Assembly: GCA_047602425.1 (NCBI GenBank)
Contig: JASGHG010000001.1
Coordinates: forward strand, 1,504,001-1,568,000
Reading direction: 5' to 3'
From: Nibricoccus sp.
GTDB lineage: Bacteria > Verrucomicrobiota > Verrucomicrobiia > Opitutales > Opitutaceae
Length of the DNA stretch: 64,000 bases
Of the stretch, positions 37,840-47,942 are shown one piece after another. Under the pieces are notes generated by a model. That model was not told where the DNA came from, did no database searches, and worked only from the letters and a program-made list of their open reading frames with translations. The stretch's first letter is position 1, and each line of letters opens with the position of its first letter. The translations under genes were made by a program, and so were the position numbers.

Positions 37840-40080
37840 ATGAAATTGCCCGCCTCCCTGTCCTTCCTCCGCCTATTTTGCGCATTGCTCGCCCTCCTGC
37901 TCGCAGGGAATCCACTTCAAGCCAGGACCGAACGAAAATTCACCACCAGTCCCACTCTCTCGCGGGAAATTCAGTCACTGATCACCGTCCTCCTTGAGCA
38001 ATACCACTACAACCACGAGAATGTCCGTCCCGCCGCGTATGGCCAGGTAATTTCTGACTACATGGGCGAACTCGACGGGCAGCGCCTTTTCTTCCTTTCG
38101 GCCGACAAAGATGCGTTCGAAAAACGCTATCCCGGGAACTGGGTTTACAACAACCTCTCCCAACTCGGCAAAATCGATCCCGCCTTCGATATCTATAACA
38201 CTTTCGTGACCCGTCTCGAAGCCCGCATCAACTGGATCTTCGAAGAACTCAAAAAAGACATCGATCTCACCACCAAGGATTCCTATCTACTCGACAGAGC
38301 CAAAGGTCCCTGGTGCTCCACCCAGGAGGAAGCCGATGCTCTCTGGCGCCGCCGGCTCAAATTCGAAATTCTGCAGGACGTTCTCAACAAAAAGACAGTA
38401 GAGGCAGCCAAGGAAACAGTCCGCAAACGCTACGAACGGGTCCTCAAAAATCACGACGACATCGAATCCGAGGACATCTCCGAAATTTTCCTTTCCGTCA
38501 TCACGCGTCTCTACGATCCGCATTCGACTTATTTCTCCCCGGCCACCTACGACGATTTTGGCATCCAAATGCGTCTCCAACTCGTCGGTATTGGCGCGCT
38601 CCTCGGCATCGAGGATGACTATTGCGTCGTGAAGGAAATTGTCACCGGCACCCCCGCCGATCTCGGCAAGCAACTTCAACCCAACGACAAGATCCTCTAC
38701 GTCGCCCAGGGCAACGAAGAGCCCGTCGAAGTCATTGGCATGAAGCTTCGCAAAATTGTCGCCCTCATCCGTGGCACCAAAGGCACGCAGGTCAGGCTCA
38801 TCGTTCAACCCGCCAGCGCCACCGACCCTTCCGTGCGCAAGGAAATCGTCTTCACCCGCGATGTCATCAATCTCGATTCTTCCCGCGCCCGCGCTGCCAT
38901 CTTCGACCTGCCCGGAGCCGACGGCAAAACCACCCCTATCGGTGTCATTACCCTTCCCACCTTCTATGGACCCGATGGCAGCTCCGTCGCTGGCGATGAC
39001 CCCAGCAACAAACACAGCGCCACCCGCGACGTTGCCGAACTCATCAAACAGCTCCAAAAACAGGGCATTCAGGGCCTCGTACTCGACTTGAGCCAGAACG
39101 GCGGCGGACTCCTCAACGAAGCCATCGACCTCACCGGCCTCTTCATTCGCCAAGGTCCCGTCGTGCAAGTCCGCACCTTCTACGGAGACGTCAAAGTCGA
39201 CAGCGACGAAAATCCCAAGATCGACTACACCGGCCCGCTCGCCGTGCTCGTCTCCCGCTTCAGCGCGTCCGCCTCCGAAATCGTCGCCGGCGCCCTCCAG
39301 GATTACGGCCGCGCCGTCATCGTCGGCGCCAGTTCCACCCACGGCAAAGGCTCCGTCCAAACCGTGCTCGAAATGAAAACCGTTCTCTCCGGCCGCACGC
39401 TCTTCCCCTCCGCCGACAAAACCGGCGCTGCCAAAATCACCGTTCAAAAATTCTACCTTCCCGACGGCCAGTCCACCCAGCTCCGCGGCGTCATCCCCGA
39501 CATCATTCTTCCTTCGAGCGACGAATACCTGCCCATTGGCGAAAAAGATCTGCCCCATGCTCTTGCCTGGGACGAAATCTCCCCCAGCCATTTCGAGGGC
39601 AAACGTCTTCAGTCCGCCGTGATCGAACCACTCCGCACCGCCAGCCTGGCCCGCCAGCAGACCCTTGAGGAATTCACGTTCCTCAAGAAAAACATCGATT
39701 GGTTCAAAAACCGCCAGGAGATGAAATCCGTTTCCCTTAATCTGGAGGAACGCCGCGCGCAGAAAGCCAGCGACTCCGCCTTCCGCAAAGCCATGGAAAA
39801 AGAAAAGGAGCTCCTCTCCAAAAACAGCTACTCCTTCAAGGAATTCAACCTCGGCATTCCGCCCACCAAGAAAGCCCCGGAGAAAAAGCCCGCCGACAAT
39901 GACGACGACGACGATGCCGAACTCAACTCACTGCAACAAGAAGGCTATGCCAAGTTCGACATCCACCTCCGCGAAACCCTCCGCATCCTCTCCGATGCAA
40001 TCGAACTCGGTCGCAAACAAACCGCCTGGACCGACGGCCACCCCCCGCTGACCGCACCAGCCGTCGCCTCCAAAAGTTAA
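37840..40080 (+). CDS. prc: Tail-specific (C-terminal processing) protease, S41A
   Basis: DPHSTY, PDZ GIGALL, DLSQNGGGLL, SASASEI, GKGSVQ. Confidence 0.93.
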   Translation: MKLPASLSFLRLFCALLALLLAGNPLQARTERKFTTSPTLSREIQSLITVLLEQYHYNHENVRPAAYGQVISDYMGELDGQRLFFLSADKDAFEKRYPGNWVYNNLSQLGKIDPAFDIYNTFVTRLEARINWIFEELKKDIDLTTKDSYLLDRAKGPWCSTQEEADALWRRRLKFEILQDVLNKKTVEAAKETVRKRYERVLKNHDDIESEDISEIFLSVITRLYDPHSTYFSPATYDDFGIQMRLQLVGIGALLGIEDDYCVVKEIVTGTPADLGKQLQPNDKILYVAQGNEEPVEVIGMKLRKIVALIRGTKGTQVRLIVQPASATDPSVRKEIVFTRDVINLDSSRARAAIFDLPGADGKTTPIGVITLPTFYGPDGSSVAGDDPSNKHSATRDVAELIKQLQKQGIQGLVLDLSQNGGGLLNEAIDLTGLFIRQGPVVQVRTFYGDVKVDSDENPKIDYTGPLAVLVSRFSASASEIVAGALQDYGRAVIVGASSTHGKGSVQTVLEMKTVLSGRTLFPSADKTGAAKITVQKFYLPDGQSTQLRGVIPDIILPSSDEYLPIGEKDLPHALAWDEISPSHFEGKRLQSAVIEPLRTASLARQQTLEEFTFLKKNIDWFKNRQEMKSVSLNLEERRAQKASDSAFRKAMEKEKELLSKNSYSFKEFNLGIPPTKKAPEKKPADNDDDDDAELNSLQQEGYAKFDIHLRETLRILSDAIELGRKQTAWTDGHPPLTAPAVASKS

Positions 40081-40121
40081 GGACCAAGGAATCTTTCCTC
40101 TTATATTCCACTCTTTCTCCC

Positions 40122-40156
40122 AAGGCCTGACGTAACCTGTCAGGCCTTTTTCTTTT
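40122..40156 (+). terminator. Intrinsic terminator after prc
   Basis: AAGGCCTGAC-N7-GTCAGGCCTT then TTTCTTTT. Confidence 0.8.
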
Positions 40157-40189
40157 GCCAGAATTTCATAATATAAAGTGTATTCAGCT

Positions 40190-40687
40190 ATGCGTTTTAT
40201 CGCCACCCCAATACTACTCATATTGACCACGATGGGCGGTTTAGCCTCCGCTCAGAGTAAGAATGATCAATCGTTCATTTCCGACTCAAACGTTCAGAAG
40301 GTCGCAGAAGCCTACGCACTCGACGCAGTCGATTTAGCCAAAAAACAATTTGGAATCACCTTGGATTGGACGGACGCAAGCATCACAAATACGGAGAAGG
40401 CGTTGGCTGCGCTGCACATTAGTTACAAGACAACCAACCCAAAACCTTCCGACAAAATTGTCGCGGCATTTGCCAAAGGATTTGGCAGTTACATAGGTGA
40501 AGTCTACCGCCGAAACCACGGTGCCGAATGGGGGCTAATAACGTTTGACGGACAAACGCTCCCGGGCCTCAAAACAAATAGAGAAACCTATTTCTGGCCA
40601 TGGGACCGCGCCTCGAAACGAATAACGCAAGGCGCAGAAAACAACGTAGCCGATTATTATAAAACCATGCTTGGAAAAGTACCCTAA
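40190..40687 (+). CDS. Hypothetical AT-richer exported protein
   Basis: Signal-like N-terminus; LDWTDASI, FGSYIGEV...W pattern reminiscent of DUF3806-like proteins. Confidence 0.65.
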   Translation: MRFIATPILLILTTMGGLASAQSKNDQSFISDSNVQKVAEAYALDAVDLAKKQFGITLDWTDASITNTEKALAALHISYKTTNPKPSDKIVAAFAKGFGSYIGEVYRRNHGAEWGLITFDGQTLPGLKTNRETYFWPWDRASKRITQGAENNVADYYKTMLGKVP

Positions 40688-40768
40688 CTGCAACCATTTG
40701 ATTGAGGACAACGTACTTCGGCTCTGCCCTTAGGCTCATTAGCGGTTAGAACCTATTCATCTACACGC

Positions 40769-41614
40769 TCACTTCCACGCCAGCACGAACCGGTCTCTAC
40801 CAGTCAAATCCTTCTGCGATTCGCTGCGGGCAAAACCGGCCTCGGCACACAGCTGCGTTAAAGTCGCGTGTTGCGCGATCCCCGTCTCCATCGCGAGCAG
40901 GCCATCGGCGTTTAGAAATTTCGGCGCGTCACGAATAATCACGCGCAAGTCGGCCAAGCCTTCGTCAGAAGCCACGAGCGCGCTGCGCGGTTCGTGGTCG
41001 CGCACCTCGACTGAAGCCGCGGCCGTTTCTTCCGCGGTCAGATAAGGCGGGTTGGCCACGATCAAATCAAACGTCTCGCCTACCCGGAGTGCGCCGAACC
41101 AGTCGGACTCGATCAGCATCACACGGGAGTCGAGCCCTAGCGCCATGGCATTTTCGCGGGCCAGCGCGAGAGCGTCGGCGCTTTTATCCACCGCGACTAC
41201 GAGCGCCTCGGGCCAGTGTTTCGCCAACGCGAGTGCCAGCGCGCCGCTGCCCGTGCCAAGATCCAAAACGCGCGCAGGCGCCGTCGACAAAGTTTCAGTC
41301 AGACGTTCGGCCAGCAATTCGGTCTCAGGCCGTGGAATCAGCACGCGCCGGTCGACCTTGAGCTTGAGGCCAAACCACTCCGTTTCGCCAAGAATATATT
41401 GCAACGGCTCACGTTGCGCCCGGCGCCTGACCAATGGACGGATTTTTTCCAGCTCGGCTTCGGTCAACAGCCGCTCGAACTGCAAATAGAGTTGCATGCG
41501 TTTCAAACCGAGCGCGTGGCCCACGAGCAGTTCGGCGTCGAGACGCGGGTGTTCCACGCCTTTGGCGGCAAAGAACTCCGTGGTTTTTTTCAGAATTTCG
41601 AGGACGGCGAGCAT
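40769..41614 (-). CDS. prmC: Release factor glutamine methyltransferase
   Basis: EPLQYILG, LIPRPETE, LDLGTGSG, ANPPY. Confidence 0.96.
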   Translation of the reverse strand: MLAVLEILKKTTEFFAAKGVEHPRLDAELLVGHALGLKRMQLYLQFERLLTEAELEKIRPLVRRRAQREPLQYILGETEWFGLKLKVDRRVLIPRPETELLAERLTETLSTAPARVLDLGTGSGALALALAKHWPEALVVAVDKSADALALARENAMALGLDSRVMLIESDWFGALRVGETFDLIVANPPYLTAEETAAASVEVRDHEPRSALVASDEGLADLRVIIRDAPKFLNADGLLAMETGIAQHATLTQLCAEAGFARSESQKDLTGRDRFVLAWK

Positions 41615-41656
41615 GAACGTGTGGTTAGACCGGCGTTCCGGCGAATATTGACCAAG

Positions 41657-41731
41657 GGCGGAGCGCGTTGAACCCAATGCGCTTTGCTCGATCCATGAAA
41701 AGCCAGCGCATTGAGGCCAACGCGCTCCATC
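41657..41731. repeat. REP doublet, GGTGGAGCGC-type
   Basis: GGCGGAGCGCGTTGAACCCAATGCGCT (41657-41683) and AGCGCATTGAGGCCAACGCGCTCCATC (41705-41731). Confidence 0.8.
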
Positions 41732-41874
41732 GTCCAAAATTTGCAGTCAATAGGTCATGCATTCGCCAGGCAGCAAAGATACTCCCAAGAAAAGTTTGCT
41801 GTGAAGAAGCATTTTGAGTGATTTGCCCGCGTCCGGTTTCTCGAACTCCGACCCATTTCGCCACAACCAGTCCC

Positions 41875-43323
41875 ATGGTTTTCAGCTCACCACTCTTTCT
41901 GTTTTTATTTCTGCCCTTGGTCATGCTGGGTCTGATACTGCCCCGGCTGTGGATGCGCAACCTCTGGTTGCTGGTTTTCAGCCTGATTTTCTACGCGTGG
42001 GGCGAGGTCGCGTTCATCTTCCTCATGCTCGCGTCGACCGTGTTGAATTATTTTCTCGGTCTGTGGGTCGACCGCGAAAACGAACCGGCGCGCCGCAAGT
42101 GGGCCGTGACCATCGCGATCATTCTCAACATCGGCACGCTCGGATTTTTCAAGTACGCGAATTTCTTCGTCGATAACCTCAATGCCCTGCTTTCTCCGCT
42201 CGGTGTGTCGCCCTTCCACATCGAGCCGGTGCGCCTGCCCATCGGCATCTCGTTTTTCACGTTTCACGCTTTGTCGTATGTGATCGACGTCTATCGGCGC
42301 AAATGGGTGAGCGCCAAAAACCCCGCCGATGTCGCACTCTACATTTTCTTTTTTCCGCAACTCATCGCCGGGCCCATTTTGCGCTGGAGCGCGATCGCGC
42401 CACAAATCGCGAAGCGGGTGGTGACACGCGACGGTTTTGCCGATGGCATCCGCCGCTTCGTCGGCGGCCTCGCAAAAAAGATGATCATCGCCAACGCCGT
42501 GGCCGTGCCCGTCGATGCGATCTTTGCCCTGCCGCCTGAGCAATGTTCCGCTTCGCTCGCCTGGCTCGGCGTCGCCTGCTACACACTCCAAATCTACTTC
42601 GATTTCTCCGGCTACTCCGATATGGCGGTTGGCCTTGGCAAGATGTTCGGGTTCCAGTTCCTCGAAAATTTCAATTTCCCATATATCGCGCAATCGGTGA
42701 CGGATTTCTGGCGCCGCTGGCACATTTCGCTTTCCAGCTGGTTTCGCGACTACCTCTACATTCCTATGGGCGGCAACCGTGTTTCGGCAGCGCGCAACTA
42801 CTTCAACCTGCTCACGGTTTTCTTCCTCTGTGGACTCTGGCATGGCGCGAGTTGGACCTTCGTGATTTGGGGTCTGTACAATGGCGCATTTCTCATCATT
42901 GAGCGCCTCGGCGTCGGTGCGGCGGTCGAACGCCTGCCGCGTCCGCTGCGCCATGTTTACCTCATTGCGGTGGTCATGGTCGGCTGGCTCATCTTCCGCG
43001 CCGACAGCGTCGCACACATTCAGTCGATGCTAACCAATCTCGTCGGTCTCAACCATTCGGAAACGACACAACCCCTGGCACGCTATCTCACCAAACAGGT
43101 CACTTTCGCGCTGATTACTGGTGCAATCTTTAGCACGCCGTTTTGGAGCGGATTCAAAACGCTGCTCGTCCGCGTCTGCGGCAAGCTGCCCGAAAAACCG
43201 CAAACTGCATTTGTCCAAGTAGGCGCTTACGCGGAACTGCTGCTCATCGTGCTGTTGCTGGCCGTCTCCAGCGCCTGGATGGCTGGCAACACCTACAATC
43301 CTTTCATCTACTATCGCTTCTGA
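41875..43323 (+). CDS. MBOAT O-acyltransferase, AlgI/DltB-like
   Basis: LPIGISFFTF, FFPQLIAGPI, DFSGYSDMA, FWRRWHISL, GLWHGA, FIYYRF. Confidence 0.95.
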   Translation: MVFSSPLFLFLFLPLVMLGLILPRLWMRNLWLLVFSLIFYAWGEVAFIFLMLASTVLNYFLGLWVDRENEPARRKWAVTIAIILNIGTLGFFKYANFFVDNLNALLSPLGVSPFHIEPVRLPIGISFFTFHALSYVIDVYRRKWVSAKNPADVALYIFFFPQLIAGPILRWSAIAPQIAKRVVTRDGFADGIRRFVGGLAKKMIIANAVAVPVDAIFALPPEQCSASLAWLGVACYTLQIYFDFSGYSDMAVGLGKMFGFQFLENFNFPYIAQSVTDFWRRWHISLSSWFRDYLYIPMGGNRVSAARNYFNLLTVFFLCGLWHGASWTFVIWGLYNGAFLIIERLGVGAAVERLPRPLRHVYLIAVVMVGWLIFRADSVAHIQSMLTNLVGLNHSETTQPLARYLTKQVTFALITGAIFSTPFWSGFKTLLVRVCGKLPEKPQTAFVQVGAYAELLLIVLLLAVSSAWMAGNTYNPFIYYRF

Positions 43324-43325
43324 CC

Positions 43326-44483
43326 ATGAGCACACCAAAAGCCGATCAGATGAAAACCGCCAACACCGTGCTCATCGTGTTGTTCGTGCTCATCGTGTGG
43401 TTGCCCACAATCGATTCGTTCCTGCACATCGATAAGACGCCGCATTTGAATGAAAACCGCGCCATGGCAACGAAGCCCGTTTTCACCGGGATCGCCAACA
43501 CCAAGGACTATCTCTCCAATCTTGAGCTCTACTTTAACGACCATTTTGGTTACCGCCAAGCGCTCGTACGCATGCAGAGCAAATGGAAACGCAAACTTTT
43601 CGGTGAAGCTTCGGTCAGCGAAGCCATGATCGGCACCGATGGCTGGATTTACACGACGGCCAATCGCATGATCGAAAGCTACACCGGCCTCTCGCGCTTC
43701 ACCTCAAAAAATCTCGCCGACTGGCAAACCCTACTCCAAACACGGCGCGCCTGGCTTCAAAAACGCGGCATCGCCTACGTCGTCGTTGTCACTCCCGACA
43801 AACATACGATCTATCCCGAACACTTGCCTGCCTGGCTCAAACCCGCGCCCGGTCCGACCAAGCTCGATCAATGGATCGCGCACTTCCGCGAACATTCCAC
43901 GCTGCAACCGCTCGACCTGCGTCCACTTCTGTTTGAAGCGAAAAAATCCCGTCCTGTTTACATGATGACCGATACGCATTGGAACGGGCTTGGCGCTTTC
44001 CTCTGCTACCAGGCTCTCATTCGCGAAATCTCCAAGCAAGTGCCCGCCGTGCAGCCACTGCCCGACGACGCCTTCACGCTAAAACCAATCTCTGGAGCTA
44101 AAGGCGATCTAGCCGTTCTGCTCGGGCAGGAAAATAATTTCCCCGAATTGCAGGCCAACACCCTGGTGCCCTCGCCCAACCTACCCGTTCTCAAGATTGA
44201 GGAAAGCATGCTCCACGCCGGCAAAAAACACGTCGCCATCACCCGCACGCACAACCCTCAAGGCAACGGCACCGCGATTGTCTTTCGCGACTCGTTCGGC
44301 ATCGCTTGGTTTCCTTTCATTGGCCTGCACTTCCGCGACGTGATCTTCCTTGCTCAACGCGACTTTGATCTCACGCTCATCGAAAAAGAAAAACCCGTCG
44401 TCGTCATCGACCAGATCGTCGAACGCATCGTCAACACCCACGATCCCGTCGAGATGCTGGAGCGCGACGGACTCAAGCAATAA
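43326..44483 (+). CDS. AlgJ/AlgX-like O-acetyltransferase
   Basis: FNDHFG, PDKHTIYPE, TDTHWN, RDSF; downstream of the MBOAT gene. Confidence 0.85.
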   Translation: MSTPKADQMKTANTVLIVLFVLIVWLPTIDSFLHIDKTPHLNENRAMATKPVFTGIANTKDYLSNLELYFNDHFGYRQALVRMQSKWKRKLFGEASVSEAMIGTDGWIYTTANRMIESYTGLSRFTSKNLADWQTLLQTRRAWLQKRGIAYVVVVTPDKHTIYPEHLPAWLKPAPGPTKLDQWIAHFREHSTLQPLDLRPLLFEAKKSRPVYMMTDTHWNGLGAFLCYQALIREISKQVPAVQPLPDDAFTLKPISGAKGDLAVLLGQENNFPELQANTLVPSPNLPVLKIEESMLHAGKKHVAITRTHNPQGNGTAIVFRDSFGIAWFPFIGLHFRDVIFLAQRDFDLTLIEKEKPVVVIDQIVERIVNTHDPVEMLERDGLKQ

Positions 44484-44500
44484 GATCGATCCAGCGAACC

Positions 44501-44655
44501 ATTTTACAGAAGGTAACTAAGGAAACAAAGCGTCGCAGGTATTCAGACGCGATAGTTCCAATCTGCGGATTACTCATCCGAATGCACTTCAGGCCACGGA
44601 AGCCTGGCGCCGCACACCGTCAGCTCTTCGTCACCTTCGTTTCCTTCTGTCAAAT
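44501..44655. repeat. 30-bp imperfect inverted arms with 9-nt periodicity
   Basis: ATTTTACAGAAGGTAACTAAGGAAACAAAG vs reverse complement of 44626-44655; 24/30 identical. Confidence 0.7.
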
Positions 44656-44670
44656 GGATCGATTCAAACG

Positions 44671-45480
44671 CTACGCCAGTGCGGCCATCAACTCATGTGT
44701 TACCGGATTTTTCGTCAGATCGAAACACGCCCCGTCGATTTCCGCTACGGGCATTACCCCAAGCAGCGCGTTGGTGACAAAGACTTCGTCAGCTTCGCGC
44801 AATTGCTGCCACGAAATCGCAATCTGGAGGGCCTTCGCTCCGAGTGAATGCAATACACGATCGCGCGCTATGCCTGGCAAAATCCGGCCGTCGGTCGGCG
44901 GCGTGTAAACCCGGCCGGCTTTCACCATAAAAAGATTCGTCGTGGCCCCTTCGAATATTTCACCAGCAATATCGACAAAAATCGGCTCATCAAAGCCCGT
45001 CTCGATGGCGCGACGTTTCGCCGCAATGTTTTCGAAATAATTCAATGTCTTATGCGCGGCCAGCGCTGGTCGCCCCATCACCGTCTCAACCGTCAGTCTG
45101 AAGCCGCGCGCGTAAGTTTCCTTTGGATACACTCCGGAACGCGCCAGTACGATTTCACCCATGCCACCCGCATCTTGAAACAAGACCAGCTTCAGATTGC
45201 CATCCACGAGATTGTTGGCGGCGATGACATTTCCGCACAGCGTTCGCAACCGCTCCGGATTTCCATCAAAAGCCAGCCCGAGCGCTGCAGCGCTTCTTCG
45301 CAGCCGGGCAACGTGGTCTTCGAAGACCACCGGCCAACCCGCGGCAACCTTGATCGTTTCGAACAATCCGTGGCCGAACATAAAGCCATCTCCAAGCGCC
45401 GAAATCCTTATGGCGGACGTTTCGACAACCACGCCTTGGAAGGCGGCCTGGGGCAAATATCGTACGGCTGGATTATTCAT
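44671..45480 (-). CDS. pabC: Aminotransferase class IV, probable aminodeoxychorismate lyase
   Basis: GHGLFETI, HKTLNY, EGATTNLF, ILPGIAR; follows pabB. Confidence 0.8.
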   Translation of the reverse strand: MNNPAVRYLPQAAFQGVVVETSAIRISALGDGFMFGHGLFETIKVAAGWPVVFEDHVARLRRSAAALGLAFDGNPERLRTLCGNVIAANNLVDGNLKLVLFQDAGGMGEIVLARSGVYPKETYARGFRLTVETVMGRPALAAHKTLNYFENIAAKRRAIETGFDEPIFVDIAGEIFEGATTNLFMVKAGRVYTPPTDGRILPGIARDRVLHSLGAKALQIAISWQQLREADEVFVTNALLGVMPVAEIDGACFDLTKNPVTHELMAALA

Positions 45481-45581
45481 GGGGAGCCTGCTTTGCGGCT
45501 CCTACTATGATAAAACCGCTGCCGCAAACAAACCTCCTTTTGCGCCTTCTGTGTCTTTTGTGGCCATGCTTCTGCAGCTCC

Positions 45582-46955
45582 TTAGTCCAACAAGGCCGCT
45601 CGCATTGCGGCGCCTTTATCGAGCGTCTCCTGAAATTCAGCCTCGGGATCGGAATCCCAGACAATACCGCCGCCAACGTGGTAATAGGCCCGCCCGTGTG
45701 AACAGATGATCGTGCGAATCGCGATATTGAGGTCGCAGCCTCCGTCAAAGCCGAGATAGCCGACAGCTCCAGTATATACGCCGCGTCGCGTCCGCTCGAG
45801 TTCGTCGATAATTTGCATCGAGCGGATTTTTGGCGCGCCGGTGATTGAACCGCCCGGCAAGGCCGCACGAATGCAGTCCACCGCATCGACGCCGGCACGC
45901 AACTGCCCCGAAACATTGGCCACCAAATGATGCACCGTCGGGTGCGTTTCCACTTTGTACAATTCGTCCACCCGAATCGAACCGGGCGCACAAACGCGGC
46001 CAAGGTCGTTGCGTTCCAAATCGACGATCATGAGCAGCTCCGCCCGGTCTTTAACGCTTTCAACCAGTTCGGTACGCAAACGTGCGTCCTCTTCCGGAGT
46101 TTTTCCACGCGGGCGCGTGCCCTTGATCGGCCGAGTCTCCACGCGTCCGCCGGCCACCCGCAGAAATCGCTCGGGGGAACTACTCACAACCTGGAATGCG
46201 CCGCCGTTTAGGTAACAGGCAAACGGCGCCGGGCTGCGTTGCCGGAGTTTTTGAAACAGCACGTACGGATGACAGGCCAGCGACGCATCGAAACGCTGCG
46301 TGAGGTTCACCTGATAAACATCGCCCGTGGCGATATAATCTTTGATCCGCGCGATAGCTTCCAAGTATTCGGCCTTCGTCATCGACGCTTTGAGGCCGTT
46401 TGACGCTGTTTTCAGCGGCGCCGGCCGCGGTCGGCGTTCAGCCTCGGCGAGTGTCATTTCGAGCCGGCGAAAAATAGTGATCGCAGCGTACTTTGCGACC
46501 GGACAGGCCACGAGAAAAACTCGATGCATCTGGCGATCGAACATGATCACACCGTCGTAAAATCCAAATTCCAGCGCGGGTGTATCCACGTCGTCGCTGG
46601 CCGAACTTCTCACCCGCTCCAAACTTGCGCCGAATTCATACGAAAAATATCCCACCGCCCCGCCGGGAAACGGCACTCCGGGCGTGGCGGCGCAACGGTA
46701 TTTTTCCAACAATTTCTTCAGTTCGCTGAGCGGCTCGCCGCGAAAATCCTCCTCACCGTCTGTACGGCGCAGATTAATCAACCCGTCATTTGCGCCAAAA
46801 GTAAGAAAAGGATCGAAACCGATGAAGGAATATCGTCCCAGCCCGCCCGCTTCGAGCGCGCTGTCGAGGAGGAACGCGCCACGGCGGTCGCACAATCCCG
46901 CAAAAATCTCCTCCGGCGGGCGCGTCCAGGCGATTTCCTTTAGTTCGGCTTTCAC
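45582..46955 (-). CDS. pabB: Aminodeoxychorismate synthase component I
   Basis: GDVYQVNL, SSSPERF, PIKGTRPR, AELLMIVDLERNDL, PGGSITGAPK; GTG start inferred. Confidence 0.92.
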   Translation of the reverse strand: MKAELKEIAWTRPPEEIFAGLCDRRGAFLLDSALEAGGLGRYSFIGFDPFLTFGANDGLINLRRTDGEEDFRGEPLSELKKLLEKYRCAATPGVPFPGGAVGYFSYEFGASLERVRSSASDDVDTPALEFGFYDGVIMFDRQMHRVFLVACPVAKYAAITIFRRLEMTLAEAERRPRPAPLKTASNGLKASMTKAEYLEAIARIKDYIATGDVYQVNLTQRFDASLACHPYVLFQKLRQRSPAPFACYLNGGAFQVVSSSPERFLRVAGGRVETRPIKGTRPRGKTPEEDARLRTELVESVKDRAELLMIVDLERNDLGRVCAPGSIRVDELYKVETHPTVHHLVANVSGQLRAGVDAVDCIRAALPGGSITGAPKIRSMQIIDELERTRRGVYTGAVGYLGFDGGCDLNIAIRTIICSHGRAYYHVGGGIVWDSDPEAEFQETLDKGAAMRAALLD

Positions 46956-46968
46956 GTGGACGAAAAAG

Positions 46969-47052
46969 GTAGGGACGGACTGCCGGGCCGTCCGGTTGTG
47001 CAAGAGCCATGCCTCGGCGACGTAAGCGGACGACCCGGCGGGTCGTCCCTAC
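46969..47052. repeat. GTAG-type REP doublet
   Basis: GTAGGGACGGACTGCCGGGCCGTCCG ... CGGACGACCCGGCGGGTCGTCCCTAC. Confidence 0.8.
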
Positions 47053-47082
47053 CAAGGACGTCTCTTCCGTTCGTTTTCATCA

Positions 47083-47583
47083 TCACCCAGGCAAGATGGT
47101 TAGCGGTCCGAGCTTGATCAGCCCGGATTGGTCAAGGCGGGTGGCGAGTTGTTCGACCGACATTCCCTCCAGTAAAAGTGCCGGCGCGATTTCCGCGAGC
47201 GGCACGAGCACAAACGCCCGCTCTTTCATCCGCGGATGCGGCAGCGTCAAAGAGGAGTCTTCAAGTGCCACGTTTTCATACCAGAGCACATCGAGGTCGA
47301 TGGTGCGCGGCCCCCAACGTTCGGCGCGGACACGGCCGAGTTTTTTTTCAATCGCGAGGCAATGCGCGAGCAATTCGTGCGGCGTTAAAGTGGTGGCTAT
47401 CTCTATGACAAGGTTATAGAAATTCGGCTGGTCGACCACTCCCACCGGCGCGGTTTCGTAGACCGAGGAAATTTTTTCAACTCGCAATCCCGGCTCGCTG
47501 TTCAATGCCCGGACGGCGGCCGACAAATATTCGCGCCGGTCGCCGAGATTCCCACCGAGGGCGAGATAGGCTTTGCTCTTCAC
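47083..47583 (-). CDS. folK: 6-hydroxymethyl-7,8-dihydropterin pyrophosphokinase
   Basis: YLALGGNLGD, SSVYET, RWGPRTIDLD, PHP; GTG start overlaps the folB stop. Confidence 0.95.
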   Translation of the reverse strand: MKSKAYLALGGNLGDRREYLSAAVRALNSEPGLRVEKISSVYETAPVGVVDQPNFYNLVIEIATTLTPHELLAHCLAIEKKLGRVRAERWGPRTIDLDVLWYENVALEDSSLTLPHPRMKERAFVLVPLAEIAPALLLEGMSVEQLATRLDQSGLIKLGPLTILPG

Positions 47584-47942
47584 CGCTCCTTGCTGGTTTC
47601 GATCGCCACGTAATCGAGCGCGCCGCCAAGCGGAACGGAGGGCTTGCGAATCACGATTTCGACTTTGGCCACAAGCGGACTCGTCGCGAGCACGCGCTCC
47701 ATAATGTGGTTGGCCAGCGTTTCGAGGAGCTTCACGCGGTCGTTTTCCACGATCTCGCGGCAAAGCGCGTACACTTTCGCGTAGTCGACCGTTGTATTCA
47801 AATCGTCGGTACGCGCCGCCTCGGCAATATCGAGCGTCAGCGTGAGATCGACCAGAAAGCGCTGGCCAAGGGTGTTCTCCTCGGCGTGCGCGCCGTGGTA
47901 ACCAAAGAACACCATGTTTTTGAGATGAATGCGTCCGGTCAT
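47580..47942 (-). CDS. folB: Dihydroneopterin aldolase
   Basis: FFGYHG...EE...GQRF, TVDY, LLETLA, RKP. Confidence 0.95.
   Translation of the reverse strand: MTGRIHLKNMVFFGYHGAHAEENTLGQRFLVDLTLTLDIAEAARTDDLNTTVDYAKVYALCREIVENDRVKLLETLANHIMERVLATSPLVAKVEIVIRKPSVPLGGALDYVAIETSKER

Noticed and set aside
38287..39591. Long antisense ORFs (also 19009-20424, 41905-43017, 36739-37740 and others)
   Set aside because: Shadows of well-supported genes in GC-rich DNA; no recognisable motifs
1841..41614. prfA and prmC 38 kb apart as evidence of a large insertion
   Set aside because: The intervening DNA holds many core genes; simple rearrangement is more likely and cannot be tested here
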